A stretch of DNA of 64,000 nt from Bugula neritina. Lineage: Eukaryota; Animalia; Bryozoa. Shown here in pieces: positions 38,101-52,124 of this stretch. The number at the start of each line of letters is the position of its first letter. Within the stretch, counting starts at the first letter, position 1. The stretch spans positions 1,083,751-1,147,750 of the forward strand of contig OZ037773.1 of assembly GCA_964035545.1 (NCBI GenBank). The letters are read 5' to 3'. Under the pieces are notes generated by a model that worked only from the letters and a program-made list of their open reading frames with translations, was not told the DNA's origin and searched no databases. The position numbers and the translations under genes were made by a program.

Positions 38101-39207
38101 AGTGCGCTCTATTGCAGCCGGTGGTCAAAGTACCTGGGGCACGTTGTCGGTCGAAACGGCGTGGCAACGGATCCCGAGAAGGTACGGGCGATAGAAGACT
38201 GGGTCACCCCCAAGACTTGACCGGATTTCGGGCTTTCTTGGGGCTGGTAGGGTATTACAGGCAATACATACCAGACTTTGCGGGCATAGCACAGCCGTTA
38301 AACCGGCTCACCGCAAAGGGAGTGACGTGGCAGTGGACCTCGGTCAAACAAGAAAGCTTATACACTCCCTCCCCCGCTTCCTCTGACAGAACGGAAGAGA
38401 CACAGGCGTCAACAATCCCTCTCCCGTTCTTCCCCTCTGGCCCGCAACCTGCGGGAGGTCGAGACTCGGGCAGACGAACTAGAACAAAAAGTGTACCGAC
38501 TAGCCCCCCCCCCCGTATTCAAGCAGCATTCAGTGAGCTCCGGTCGCTACAGAAGTCCATCAGACGGTTGAAGCGAGCGACTCAGAATTAGTACGGCTTC
38601 CCCTCAAGCATCAGACCTCCCTCCCCTACTTTACTTTCCCGGACCTCCACTATCTCTCTTCTACAACCTCACTACCTCTCCGTGGCGTTCCCTGGAGTTA
38701 CTGTGGCATGTACGCTATATATGTATATAAGACTTACTAATTACTTAGTATTATTTTTTTGTGCACGTTTTGTATGTAGCTGACCAATTCTGTTTATTGT
38801 ATATATGTTTTATATCTTTTTCTCCTTGGTCCACTGATGTACGTAGTTGATTGTGAAATAGTTTTTGTTATCAGAAAGAGGGCTTTCTGCTGGTGGAGGC
38901 GGTGTGGTGGCTCGTGGAGCTACCAGCAGCGGAATACACAGGGTAACGCTATTGACCCGGAACAATGGACAGCCAATTAGCGATGCTGATAGTTAGTAGC
39001 AGTAGTTAGTTTTGCGCTACTAGTCAGTTGTGAATAGTGTAGTAGATTAAATAGACGTGTGAATTTGTGAATGTTTCTGTATCGTTTTATTATGTATCCT
39101 TGTACTTAAAATATACTCTTAGTAACACGACTTATCCTGGTGAAGTTCTCTAGCAATAAATAGACTCTCTTGATTACACATCAACCCAAATTCTAGAAAT
39201 TACAACA
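35143..39207 (+). mobile_element. Ty3/Gypsy element D, internally deleted (lacks RNase H, integrase and most of ORF3); LTRs 35143-35449 and 38903-39207, PBS 35451-35468
   Basis: LTRs related to A/B, TSD ATAT, gag 35483, PR LLDSG, RT YLDD, abrupt junction near 38353. Confidence 0.95.
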
Positions 39208-42200
39208 ATATTATTATATCACCATTATTATATGGGTTACTGTCTATACAAAATGGTTGTTTCGCACACAAACTGCTGAACACAAAGTGAATAATAAAAT
39301 AACCCCAAACCTCAAACCCTGTACCCTAAATCTAAATAACAAAAAATTGGGAAACTATGTATTTTGGTTGATTTAATGTAATATTGATGTGTAGCTGAAT
39401 GAAACGACCTGCCAATCACCTTTGAATACCTTGGAAAACACAGAACACTTGGAAACACTAAAGGCTATAGAAGTGCATCCTTCTTTTTACAGTGCGGCTA
39501 AAGGTTGGTAATTGTGGTAATTTTTCTATCTGGACCCTCTGGTGTCTAATGGTTCTTGGTGAGAAGCTAGTATAGTAGGCTACACTTCTGAGTTTACATA
39601 AATGAATGTTAGTTCACCGCAGGCAGTAGACCTAGTAGTTATTGCCATATTTTGGTGATCTCCTGTGATTTTATTGTATACCATTGCTAATATTGTAATG
39701 GATTTTAACGCTCTAGTAATTATGTCGCGTCACTATTATAATGGACTTGGCGTAACTTTGTAAATACTGTTAAATGTTGTAATTATAGCTAAGCTCCTTG
39801 CGTAGCTTTCTAATGCCTCAAATATTGTAATTATAGCTGTAATGGATTTTAGTAGTGCAGTTAGTGCTAGTTATTATATAGAAAGGGTCGACTCTATATT
39901 GTATGCTATTGTGGAGATCGACTATACATCGACCTCCAGCGACTTGTATCTATGGTCGACAGTGGCACCACTAGTAACAACCAATCAGGACTGACATACT
40001 AATTGATAGCAGGTGGAGCTAGCTACTCGTAATGGAAGCGCGCTGAGTAGCTAGCCGGGGAAAGCAGATTGGGACTTCATTTAGAGTAGTTGTGTATAAA
40101 TGCTCACTTATTATGTAATTGTTTCAATTCATGTTAGCAGTAATTAGAACTTCTTGTATCTTGTAAATAATAAACTTATCATAACGTAAATAACCTGGTG
40201 TAGTGGCTTTGTTTAAGTTGACCCACATATAATATAGTGAATTGCGAAATTCACTACAGTGGTGGCAGCGGTGGGATCCCACTTAATACAAATGCGCCTA
40301 GCCAGGGAGTAGAAAGAAGATGGCCGACAAGGACGACACGCCCAGACAGGAACCGGCAGCAGTAGAAGAGGATCACATAAGCGGCCCAGCGCTGCCTATG
40401 GACAGGTACCACTTGCGGGCTCCCATCTTCTCAGGGGAAGAAGATGTGGAGCAATTCATCACTGAGTTTAGTGATGTGGCAGCCATCTGCAGATGGCCGA
40501 ATAGGGTTACTCTGATCCAGCTGCAGTTATGTCTGACAGGGCCGGCTAAACCCTTTGGGATAGGCCAGAATGTCGGTGACATATTTGAAGCATTACGAGC
40601 CCGGTTTATATTAACCGCTCGAGATGCTCGCGTGCAACTCCAGGGACTTAGGAGAAATCCTAATAGTCGACAGAGCCTAGCACTGGATGCATTCCTCCAG
40701 TCTATAAAACAATCTCGGTCTGAAACAGCATCTGCTGGTGGCCGAAGTTGAGACTATGGAAAGAGCTCTAAGGCTTGGGAATGCCTATTTCCAAGCCGAC
40801 AGTGCGAGTCGACCTGGTGCGACAATACAGCAGGTCGGAGCAGACGACGACGTGTCGACATCGCCGGCGAAGACAGCTGTACATGTCGCCTCGGCAGCAG
40901 CAGACGAATCGACTAGCTTGACCACAAGCTTGGATTGAGAACTGCTAGCCGAGATCAGGCAACTGCGCCAGCAGTCGACAGCCGAGCGACCCAGAAGGTC
41001 GTCGGTAGCTGTCGACGACAGGCGTCGCCCCATATGCTGGAGCTGTGGTAGTGGTGGGCACTTCACACGAAGTTGCCCCCGCGGTAATGGGAGACAGTTA
41101 AACAACAAAGGCCCACGGTAACTTCCGCCGACCGTGGGCCCCAGTTTAACCCCCCAAGGCAGAGGCCAAGGCCAAAACCCCACCGGGTGAGGAGGCCGCC
41201 TTCGCCAGAGTGGCAAGCCCCAAGGAGAGCTAGTAGGCCGTAAGGCCCACCAAAACCTCCGGCTTGGGCACTCAAAAACCGCTTTGAAGGTTTGGTTGAT
41301 GAGGAAGTGAACAACGAGTGGGAGCAAAACAGGGATTTTCCTCGGTTGCCCACACGAGCATCAGTCCGAGAATTCACTCGGCCGCCCGTGTGTGAGCGAA
41401 ACCGAGACGTAACCTGCCTGCCCACGCAACATCGACGACCCCCTCGCAACCGAAAAGCACCGGTGCATCCCCAACTCCATGCACATGAGGTGTCTCCTCA
41501 AGAGACGAACCGCTCAGTGAGCGCTCAGCCATATGAAAGCAGCTATTTCCTCCCCGGCAAACTTGCTGGCAAAGCTGTCACATTCCTGTTGGATACTGGG
41601 TGCACCACAAATCTACTGAGTCGGCGTCTATTCGACACTCTCAGTGCCAAGGACAGGGCTAGCCTAGAACCATATGAAGGGGAACACGGCACGTTAGCGG
41701 ACGGGTCGTGTATTCCTTTCTATGGGGTAATCCAGTTGACTGGTAGAGTCCATGATTAGACGATCAGTGAGACCTTCATCATCAGTCAACTCAAGGAGGA
41801 CGCCATCTTGGGCATGCCATTTCTGAAGCGACACGGGTGCTACATCCACTTTAGCAAGTCGGCGGTGGTGATGGCCGGGCGTGAGCTGGCCTGTGTCGAC
41901 AAATTTGGCCGACCCTTAGTGGGGGGAGTGCAGGTGGTACAGCGTTGCACTGTACCTTGGCGCTCCCGGACTACAGTTCGCTGCAGAGTGAACTGTAGAG
42001 AAATCTCCGAGTTAGGAGTGGTGGAAGGTGCACTGGCGGGCGTCCAGCTCGCTAACAGTCTGAATAGGCTGGATGAGCGGGGGGAGTTTCTAGTCCAGTG
42101 CGTAAACCCTTTCACGGAGCCGGCAGAATTGCCGGCTGTGTCTCTAGTGGGGAAGTTCCACTCCGTACAGGAGGAGGATGTAGGGCCCGCGCTGGAGACG

Positions 42201-43503
42201 GCGGACGAAGCCCGTGGGGTACCCACTAGAGACGGCAGGGGGCCGGTGCCTGAACACGTAGCGGAGTTGTACGAGGATGCCTGTGATGGCTGTGGGAGCA
42301 AGCGCGAACGCCTGGTGATGGCGCGGCTACTCTCTGAGTACAAGGACGTGTTCAGTTGCGGCGACCATGACATGGGTCTGACTAAGACTGTCTGTCATGA
42401 GATACCCCTGGCGGCGGGGACGGCGCCCATCCGGCAGCCGACCCGCTGGTTAGGTCCTGAGAAGGAAAGAGAAGTGAGCCGTCAGGTGCAAGACCTTCTG
42501 AACCGGGACCTGATTGAGCCAGGCCATGGGGCCTGGAGTTCTCCAGTCGTCCTGGTTTGAAAAAAGAATGGGAGCTGGAGGTTTTGCGTTGATTATCGCA
42601 GGCTGAACAGCGTGACCATTCAGGACGCTTACCCTCTTTCTAGGATCGATGAGTCGCTCGATGCCTTAGCTGGTAGCAAATTCTTCAGCACGTTGGACTT
42701 GTTAAGCGGGTATTGGCAAGTGCCCCTGAGTCCTGAAGCACAGGACAAGGCCGCGTTTGTAATGCGGGATGGGCTCTGAAAATGGAAGGTGCTGCCATTC
42801 GGACTTACGTCCGCACCGGCCACCTTCCAGCGACTCATGGAGCAGGTCCTGAGTGAGCTGCACTGGAAGAGCTTGCTCATTTATCTCGATGATGTCATTG
42901 TCATCTCTCCCGACTTCGACACACATGTCAGTCGACTCAGGGAGGTGTTTGACAGACTTCGAGCTGCTGGTCTGAAGCTCAAGCCCTCTAAGTGTGCATT
43001 ACTGCAACGCGAGGTCAGGTGCCCGGGCCATGTAGTTGGTCGAGACGGGGTCGCCACTGACCCTGAGAAGGTACGGGCTGTGAGGGACTGGGCTGTTCCG
43101 GTCGACCTCCCTGAATTGTGGGCATTTCTGGGACTGGTAGGGTACTATCGTCAGTACATACCAGACTTCGCCGAAATTGCACAGCTGTTGAATCGGCTGA
43201 CAGCAAAAGGGGTGCGATGGCAGTGGACACAGGCCGAGCAGAAGGCATTTGACCACCTGAAGGATCGCCTGGTGGAAGCGTCCATCTTGGCGTATCCTGA
43301 CCCTGCGAAGGAGTACATTTTGGATACTGATGCCAGTAACCATAATGTGGGGGCTGTGCTGTCGCAAGTCCAAGATGGTTGCGAGGTGGTGGTGGCTTAC
43401 TATAGCAAAGCCCTGTCGGCGCCTGAGAAGAACTACTGTACAACCAGGAGGGAACTCTTGGCAGTAGTCAAGGCGGTCAAACACTTTAGACCATATCTAT
43501 ATG

Positions 43504-46079
43504 CACAGTTAGTTTAAGGTCACACTTTTCATTTTCTGGCTCTTTGCCAGGTGCTTTATGTTCTATATGAACAATGTTCCACTGATAGCTCAAACAGGTT
43601 GAATGTCACAGGAACAAAAAAAATATGAAAAGATAAAGAAACTTATGTTCTCCAATATACTTTTTTATTTTTTTCAAAAACCAATTCATGTTTAAGTTAT
43701 AGCTTGTTGAAAAACATAGTCCCCCTTCCACATTCTTTTCAATTTATACGCTCCTGACTTGTTATTGCGTCTCAATATGCCTTGTATTTGAGTGCTAGTT
43801 AGTCTCGCTTCACTAACTTTGCCTATACTTCACAAGTGCCAGTGCTGCTGGCTCAAAAGCTAAATGTTATAAACTTTCAGCTAAAACCCAATCTTGTATT
43901 CCTAGGTTGGTTGGCCTAAATAAAACAATAGTCAAATCATGATTTCATGTTTTAAAAATTTACTCTATTCTAACCTGCTGCCTAGCTATAGTTCTATTTT
44001 TGATGTATAATTACAAAATTTGTGATACATTTTTTTGGCAACCATGTGATTTATAAAATGCAGTAATGGTACTTATAATATTATATTATTATCATTATAA
44101 TATATTATATAGTATTATGTGTGTTTTTATTATACTGCATAATATCTATTTTATTATTGTTGTTGTGCAAACAAGTGCAATTAACCTAGTTTTCAAAATG
44201 TACCTCTAAATTATCAGAATATCAGTTTAGATATGTTCATGCTTTGTAAGGTAAACCTAAAAAAAGAGGCTGTATTCCCAAAGTAAAGGGTGTTGAACTA
44301 TGAACTGTATTAGATTAGCCACTCTGCTACCAAGTGCATCAGTATAATATTATATGAATAGCTCTGATGCTTTGTCTCCGGTGGCTGGCTGCGATATGAT
44401 AACTTGGCCAACTTCCAAGAGTTTAAAATTGGCGCAATTATTCAAGAGGTTACATACTGCACAGAGCTAGCAGTGATAGTAACCTTGCTATTGACAGTAC
44501 TTATTACAACTGCCAGCATATAAGCTGCATTGTAGAATGCCGTTGGGGTAGGCTAGTAAAACCAAATTCTGCTCTCTAATATACCTTAGACACAATGCAG
44601 CAACACAGTTTTTAGTTTCAAATTACATTTGCCACCCTTACATGAGCTGTGGGCTTCATAAAGATTCATATGATTAGAGATTTATGCTATAGGCCCTATC
44701 TGTGCTAGTGTATGATGAAAATAACACACCATTGTCAAAGTTAACTTCAAGTATGTTGTTTTCCAAAAACTCAGTAATGTCCATTTATCTCTCGCATACA
44801 AATACTTATGTAATACCATACAGTTTAAGTTTTATTTTAGAGCACATCTGCAAACTCTACAATAAGAGCTTGCTTTACCAGTCTATTTCAGACCTGTTTT
44901 TGTAGCTAGTAATACGCAAGCTACTTATTTTTAAACTTTTGGGTTATTTGTTCAAAACCATTAGCTTTGCTAGTAACCCGAGACTATTGCAACAGTTGAC
45001 TGCTATCAACATGAATTGACAGCCTAATAATTATAACCCTTTTGCGCGCGAAATATTTATGTAATGATAGTTACTCATATAGTGCGCGTCTTATTAACGA
45101 TGACTGCGTGGTCTAGAGGTTAGAGGCGTCAGCGAGGAGTTAGTTGGTTATGGTTCAACCCTGTTTTGTCGCAATTTTTTTGTCAACTTATGCAAATCCT
45201 ACGCATGTATAATAAATATGGCTATAATTGTAAAGTTTTTTTTAACTTTTGTTCAACAGTAAGACAACATACATGCATAATAATTAGATACTGAACACTG
45301 GACTAAACCTTAAATTGATCTTATAGAATACAATGTACTTAAAATAATCATATGTGAATTAGAGAAACTGAAAGTACACCTGCTGCTCTATAGACAGACC
45401 TTTACTGACAAGACTGCAAAGTGAAGTGATTTAGCTGAAATTAACTCTGCCAAACAAACAAAGAATTATGTTGTGCTGAGGCATTTTCAATATATTATTG
45501 TAACATAGTGAGATGATTCAGCTAAGTGCTAATGTAAAACAGGGAACATTATATTGGCAGAAATCCAATAGACTGCCAATTTGTGCGAGAGGGTACTATA
45601 TGTTATTGTGATAGCGCAGAGCGGCAAACGTACTAGGAATGTTATAATTAGTCACAGGAGCGTAGCTAGAACCACCATATGAAGAATTTAGAAAATTGCA
45701 GTGAAACTTGCAAAATGGTGTATGTTTTTACCAAATTGTGAAGAGCATAAACAGAATTTTAAAAAACAAAGAAAGTATATTAGAGAAAACATATCAAGGA
45801 ATGTCAAGTTTAACTTTTATACTTTATAAAATGAATCCCCTGTGCTACAGCAGTGGAACATGGAGGGTGTAAAATTTTACTTATTATGCAACAACTTTCT
45901 CAAAAAACTTTTTATTGAAAAATTAAAAAAGTATATGAAAGAGGAATGCAAGAGCTATCTTTTCATGTAAAATTTGTTAATGTGAGACAAAAACTGTTCG
46001 AGCTATCCCCTGGAAACCGTTTATATATAACATAAAGCAGTGCCTGAATCTGGAAAGTAATGACCTTAAACCAACTGTG
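43504..46079. mobile_element. Non-autonomous TIR DNA transposon (2576 bp) in RNase H region of E; animal CACTA/EnSpm-like
   Basis: TIRs CACAGTTAGTTTAAGGTCA / TGACCTTAAACCAACTGTG, 2-bp TSD TG; RPYLY|GRTF rejoins on removal; no transposase ORF. Confidence 0.88.
45102..45175 (+). mobile_element. tRNA-like/SINE-like segment inside the DNA transposon
   Basis: TGGTCTAGAGG ... GGTTCAACCC box-like motifs. Confidence 0.35.
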
Positions 46080-48401
46080 TGGGCGTACATTCCGGCTTCG
46101 AACGGACCATGCGCCTTTGATATGGCTGTGTCGACGGGCGGAACCATCAAGCCAAGTAGCGCGCTGGCTAGAGATCCTGACAGAGTTTTCTTATTGAATT
46201 GAACATCGACCCGGTAAGAAACACGGTATTGCCGATGGACTCAGCCGCCGCCAGGCAGATGGGTGTAAGCAGTGCCAGAACATTGAGCGCAGGGATGGTG
46301 GACCCCCTCGCTCGGACGTTGAAGCGCAGTTGGGGAAAGCGGGTGTATACAGCTGGGAAGAAGGGCAACTCCTGTCCAAATCTTCTAACGAAGCTGTTAA
46401 CAACCTTCACGCAAACCCCACGTTGCTCAGGAACGTCAGGGAGCTATGTCGGCTCCAGGCAACGCTACCAGGGGTAGTAGCTGACCTAGTTCGGGCCAAG
46501 AAGGAGGGACGGTGGCCGAGTGAGGCCGAACAGCGGGTGAAGAGCGCAGAGTTTAAGTACTTCTGTGACCACTGGGACTCCCTCCGGTTCAACCTTGATG
46601 GGCTGCTAACGATAACGTTGGCAGCCGGCACCAATTGCAGGGAACGAGAGAGGGTAGTCTGCCCATCCGCTCTGAGGCGGGAGTTTATCTGGGACACCCA
46701 TAAGCAAGCTCACGCGGGAGCTAGCCGGGTGATTAGGTGTCTTCAACTCCAGTGTTTTTGGCCCGGTATGACCCGGGATGTCCGACTCCGGGGGCGGAAG
46801 TGCGAGGTATGCCAAGCTAGCGAGCATAGCCGCCCCACTGAGACCGCAGGGAGGTGTCGCCTCCATGCCGGTCGTCCGTGGCAGGTAGTTGCTGTAGATC
46901 TGGTAGGCCCCATGCCCACAACAGCAAGAGGTAATAGCTGGATACTGGTACTAACTGACCATTTCACGCGGTGAGCTGATGCACTGGCTATTCCAGATGC
47001 GTCGACCCCCTTGGTGGCCAGAGCCTTGGATCAGCAGGTGTGCTGCTACTTCGGCTTGCCGGAGCAGATACACTCTGATCAAGGCGCCCAGTTTCAGTCG
47101 CAACTTATGAGCGATCTCTGTAAAATGTGGGGGTAAACCAGAGTCGGACGACCCCGTATCACGCGCAAGGGAACGGGGTTGTGGAGCGGAACAACCGAAT
47201 GCTAGGGGACTCTCTGAGAAGCCTGCTTATCGGTAGGAGCCAAGAAGAGTGGGACTTGGTGTTGCCGCAGATCATGCGAGCGTACCGTAGTACCCCTCAC
47301 TCCAGTACACTGGAGACCCCTAATTTTCTCATGCTGGGGAGAGAAACAAGGGTTCCTGAGCACGTAACCTATCATGTTCCGACTCCCGAGAGCAACGTCC
47401 ACGATTACGTGGACAAGCTCGTAAAACGCATGGGGACAACTCACGAGGTGCTACGTGAGCAGCAATGGCAGGTCAGAAGTGGTGACTCTGACGACCCCCC
47501 CCCCCCTTATACAAGGTGGGAGACTGGGTCTGGATGACCAGTCATCGCCGGCGGCGCGGACAGGCAGCCAAGTTGCAGCCGAAGTTTGTAGGCCCCTACT
47601 GCGTGATTGAGGTGATGCCAAATCACACCTATAAAGTGGAACGGTCTGGACAAGTGTCAGTCCAGAACGAAGCACGGCTGAAGCCTCATTGGGCGAGTCC
47701 TGATGCAGCAGGTCAAGCACCTCCCCTCTTAGAGCCCGCTAGACGCCCTCTTATGAGGGGGCGAGGCATGGCGTATATAGAGGTGGAGGAGACACTGCAA
47801 GATCAGGACGGGGCGGCTGACGCGCCGCCTGACCCGCCCTGGCCTCCTCCACCCCAGGAGGAGGTGGCCGACACACCAGAAGACCTGTCTGAGCCGGCCC
47901 CACCACCTGTGGAGCCGGTCGACAGGCCCATCGCCCCGAATGAGATGGAAATTCCTCATAATCATGAGGAAGAGGCAGCTGAGGGAGGACCACCCGTACT
48001 GGTGGACCCCCCCAGACTGGCGACACCACCCGTGGTGCAAGAGTCACCAGTCGCAGCAAATTCCCCGGTACCGTTGGACCGCAGCCAACGTACCAGGGCG
48101 CCACCATCTTATTTACGAGACTTCTTGTGTGACTTGGTCGACATGCACAGTATTCTGTAGCATGTCAACATGCACAAAGAAGTCTGGGGGAGCGAGGTAA
48201 TTGATAACATGCTACCCAGTGGCAGATTGAATAGGTCAGCCGGGGGTCAGCAGAGCGTAGCCAACTCAACAGCGTATAGGGTATTACATAACCTCTCTAG
48301 CTGTGAGCGCTCTTTTCAATTGCAACCAGCAAACAGGCAGCACGTCTTTTGCAGTAAACAATTTGGCTATCTACGAGCCCTAAGAAAACAGCAGCAACAT
48401 T

Positions 48402-49615
48402 ATGTCTAATGCAGCAACTGTTTTGGGGGGTAAGTCTACTAGAAATTCTATAATAATTAATTTAATTAATTAGAATTTATTCTGGTAGCGACAGCAGTCT
48501 CACTTTATCATAATGATGAAGTTGAAACTCCTGACATCAGACGATATTTGATAGTTAGAGTGGGACGGTCGACTCAACTGATTACGCGATCAGTGAGTGA
48601 CAGACTGTGAGACTCAATTATTAGTATCGTTTGGAACGGGAGTCCCACGCATAGAGTGTGATTCAGATGAATTTAAATACTCTATTGCAGGTGAGACTGA
48701 GTCTGTATCCGACGAGATACAGGCACTACTCGACACACCAACGACTAACTGGGACAGCATGTCAGAGGCAGGGGTAGACATGCTGTCCGACGTACACCTG
48801 TCAACATTGACGGACTCACCGACAGTAACTGACAGACATACTGCAGTGCAACTGGACATCGCCGACTTGACTGAAACCACTGACAAGACGATAGCACTGC
48901 CCCAAGCACTACTTCGACGGACGAACTGGACTACTCGACGGACTCGTACACTAATCCAAGCACTGATAGGGACAGACGACAACCGACAATGCGCTGAATG
49001 CAGACGGACTTTATCGACCATGAAGAGACTAAAAATACACATTCCACAACACTTCACTGTGACTTTCTGCCCCTGTGGAATCCACCATTTCTGCAGGGAT
49101 ACCATACTACGCCACCAGAGAACTCAAGACTGTTATGTAGGACACCTATATGAAGTTGACGCAGACTTTTACACCGAATTTCGAGACCTAATCCTACCCC
49201 ACGTGACTGACCCGGACCGACGACAGACTCTCCTAGACCACTTCCCGGCTACCCGACCCACAGTAGAGAGTGACTCCAACGCAGACCCCCAACCCACAGA
49301 GACGACGACACACACCTCCGACGTAGCTACTCAACTCCTACGTGTTATTGTAACCCGTGCTGGACGCACTGTAGCCGACGACTCACACCTCCCCCCCCAA
49401 CGACGACGATCTCCTATGTACCCCGACACACTCGCAAGAAGAGGAAGGGTGCTAGCAACACACCCCGAGATGACAGCGACCCTGACCAGTCCCTACTAAC
49501 TGACATTAAGAAAGTGCAACGGCGTATGGCTTGCCTCAGTAAGGGACAGAAGCGAGCGGCCACTGAGCTGGCTAAGTTGCAGACTCGACTGGAGAGACGA
49601 CTGGCCAGGAAGTGA
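48402..49615 (+). pseudogene. Element E accessory ORF3: exons 48402-48429 and 48691-49615; frameshift before the basic tract/coiled coil
   Basis: MSNAATVLG G|gtaagt...tctattgcag|GT GAG in frame; CAEC-x12-HIPQH, FCPCG..RHQRTQDC, YEVDA..Y.EF..LI.P; alternate frame gives RKKRK..DQSLLTDIKKVQRR..LERRLARK*. Confidence 0.8.
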
Positions 49616-50772
49616 TAGAGGTGCGACTCCCCCCACGTTAGACGGAGTAATGTAAATAGATAAGTATTGCGGACTATGCGAGTAAAGACTCGGTTATTCT
49701 ACTTATACTATTCTGTAATATATATATTCTTTTTCCAGTTTTTGTTATTTAGTTGTAAAACCCTATGTTGTTTCCAATCGTGTTGTTATCTTTTTTTTGT
49801 TATTGTACAGACACTAACTATAGAGTGTACCTTTCGATAGGTGTGGCGAGTGTAATGGATTTTAGTAGTGCAATTAGTGCTAGTTATTATATCGAAAGGG
49901 TCGACTCTATATTGTATGCTATTGTGGAGATCGACTACATCGACCTCCAGCGACTTGCATCTATGGTCGACAGTGGCACTACTAGTAACAACCAATCAGG
50001 ACTGACATACTAATTGATAGCAGGTGGAGCTAGCTACTCGTAGTGGAAGCGGCTGAGTAGCTAGCCGGGGAGAGCAGCTTGGGACTTCATTTAGAGTAGT
50101 TGTGTATAAATGCTCACTTATTATGTAATCGTCTCAATTCATGTTAGCAGTAATTAGAACTTCTTGTATCTTGTAAATAATAAACTTATCATAACGTAAA
50201 TAACCTGGTGTAGTGGCTTTGTTTAAGTTGACCCACATATAATAATTATAGTGAATTGCGAAATTCACTACATAGCTAAGCTCTTAGCGTAGTGAATAGC
50301 GTAATAATTGTGAATTGCCTTTCTATTTTTATTGTTTGTTTTTAAGTTACTGTAATAGTTTTTGGAGTTATGTTTCCCCGCCACGTTTTCTTTGTATGTT
50401 AAATAAATATATATGTGAGCCGAAGCTCGTGCGAAGTCGGAGGCCGAAGGCGCGATGTCGGAGGGGCCTGTCCGAGATCGGACAGGATCCCCTCCGATGT
50501 CGGTCGGCGGAACTCCGAACTTCGTACGAGTTTCGGATCCCCACCAGTGACGGGGACTTTTGCAGTATATAGGTGCGAGTTTTTCCAGTCTAAATCAGTC
50601 TAACACTGGAGCTCGCAGAGGAAACTACTACATACATCAATAAAGGCTATTAGAATCAATATTTTACCAAGACTTTTATTTAACAATCACAAGTATTGGC
50701 ATGCAGACTACTTGTCTATTTTATTAAACCCGCAAAATCATAACAATATTGAATGAATTGTTCTTTTTCTTA

Positions 50773-51382
50773 CAGTATTTTCACGAGAAGATCTAGTCAG
50801 TGAGTCCTGCGTTTCTGTTTGAGAGGCTAAAGGCCAAGCTGAGAACATGGGTCGGTAACACTTTCTCGTCCCTTTAATCCAGCAATAAAGCTTACTGCCT
50901 TGTGCTCTAACATTTCCAGAAACTCAGTGTCTTTAGCTACTGTTGGATCCCATACGATATCTACGTACTCAAAAATGGGACAGATTAGTGTAGGCCTGTA
51001 GCTTACCTTCTCTGGGGGCATCATGTAGAACATGTTCAAGTGCTCCCAGAATTTTTGAGGCCTTTTCCTTTTCAAATGTAATATGATTGCTGTAGTTGTA
51101 ATTTAATAATTACATTTAGTGGCTAGCTTTGGCTGGCATTTGATATTGGCTGTCTGCATAATATGGAATAGTATTGTTATCTGTATAAACTTCAGACTGC
51201 CATTGCCCTACCAACAGACAGCCCATATCAATAAGGTAAATAGATGAATAGACACATTTCCATTTAGTATTGTAACAGCTTGACTTTACTCCTTATAATT
51301 TGGATTACGTAATCATTAATGCATTAAGCTATATGAGTGAGGGCTAGCTCACTTGAGGCTTGACAATACCCCTACAAACAAA
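50773..51382 (+). repeat. Dispersed duplicated segment, copy 2 (contains CR1/L2-like RT fragment on minus strand)
   Basis: Matches 6703-7520 but lacks ~7251-7457. Confidence 0.9.
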
Positions 51383-52124
51383 ATTTTGTGCAATAAAAAT
51401 ATTATACAGGTTGTTCATGTACTATAGTATTGACCTTGACCTACGATATAGCCTTTGATTAAAGTAGAAAGGTTAGCTCTTCTATATCAATATTTACCCA
51501 GCATGGAAATCCTTGTTTATCTTTGAGTTAGACTAGAATTGATAAGCAGATTTTTGTGGTAGAAATATTATTATATTGAGCTGAATCTGCTGCTATGTAC
51601 AACAACCTCTGGAAGACAACTCCTATGCTAGAGCTAATGGTACACATAATATGGAGCTTACAAACCAGTTAATCAACAGACCATTAAATGGTATTTATAC
51701 ATACTGTATTGGCAAATTAAATTAATTGAAAAAATTAAAGCTAAGGGACGGATGGCAGACATTAAAGGCTAAAGATTGAATTACCCGATCAAAAGCTGAG
51801 AAAATATTATTGAAACTTAGGCTAAAAATGTGGAAATTCAATACAAATACTGGTAATGTAGTATTTTGATTAGATTTCAGAAGCACATAAACATAACATT
51901 TAAGGCATAACTAAACCTCCAAAGTTATAAGAGCAGTATGAGTGTCAGAGGACAAGCTGCAGTGTTAGCTGTCTCCCCCTGAAGTCAGATGTAAAGAGGA
52001 ACACTTGATGTCACAATTCAGGCAGTCCCCAGTTACGTAATACTAAGCGTGTCGGTTGTAACGTGTCGGGTGTAACGTGTCAGGTGTAATGGAGATGGAA
52101 TCAGCTCATCCTAGTATCAACCTC

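Larger units (their letters stand above)
39838..50272 (+). mobile_element. Ty3/Gypsy element E (sister of C, decayed); LTRs 39838-40258 and 49851-50272, PBS 40260-40277
   Basis: ~420-bp LTRs, TSD TAGC, gag ATG 40320, fragmented pol to 48160. Confidence 0.96.
39694..50745 (+). mobile_element. Solo LTR G (39694-39837 + 50277-50745), split by element E
   Basis: TGTAATGGATTTT...AAAATCATAACA termini, TSD ATAT on both sides, TATA-like and AATAAA motifs. Confidence 0.85.
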
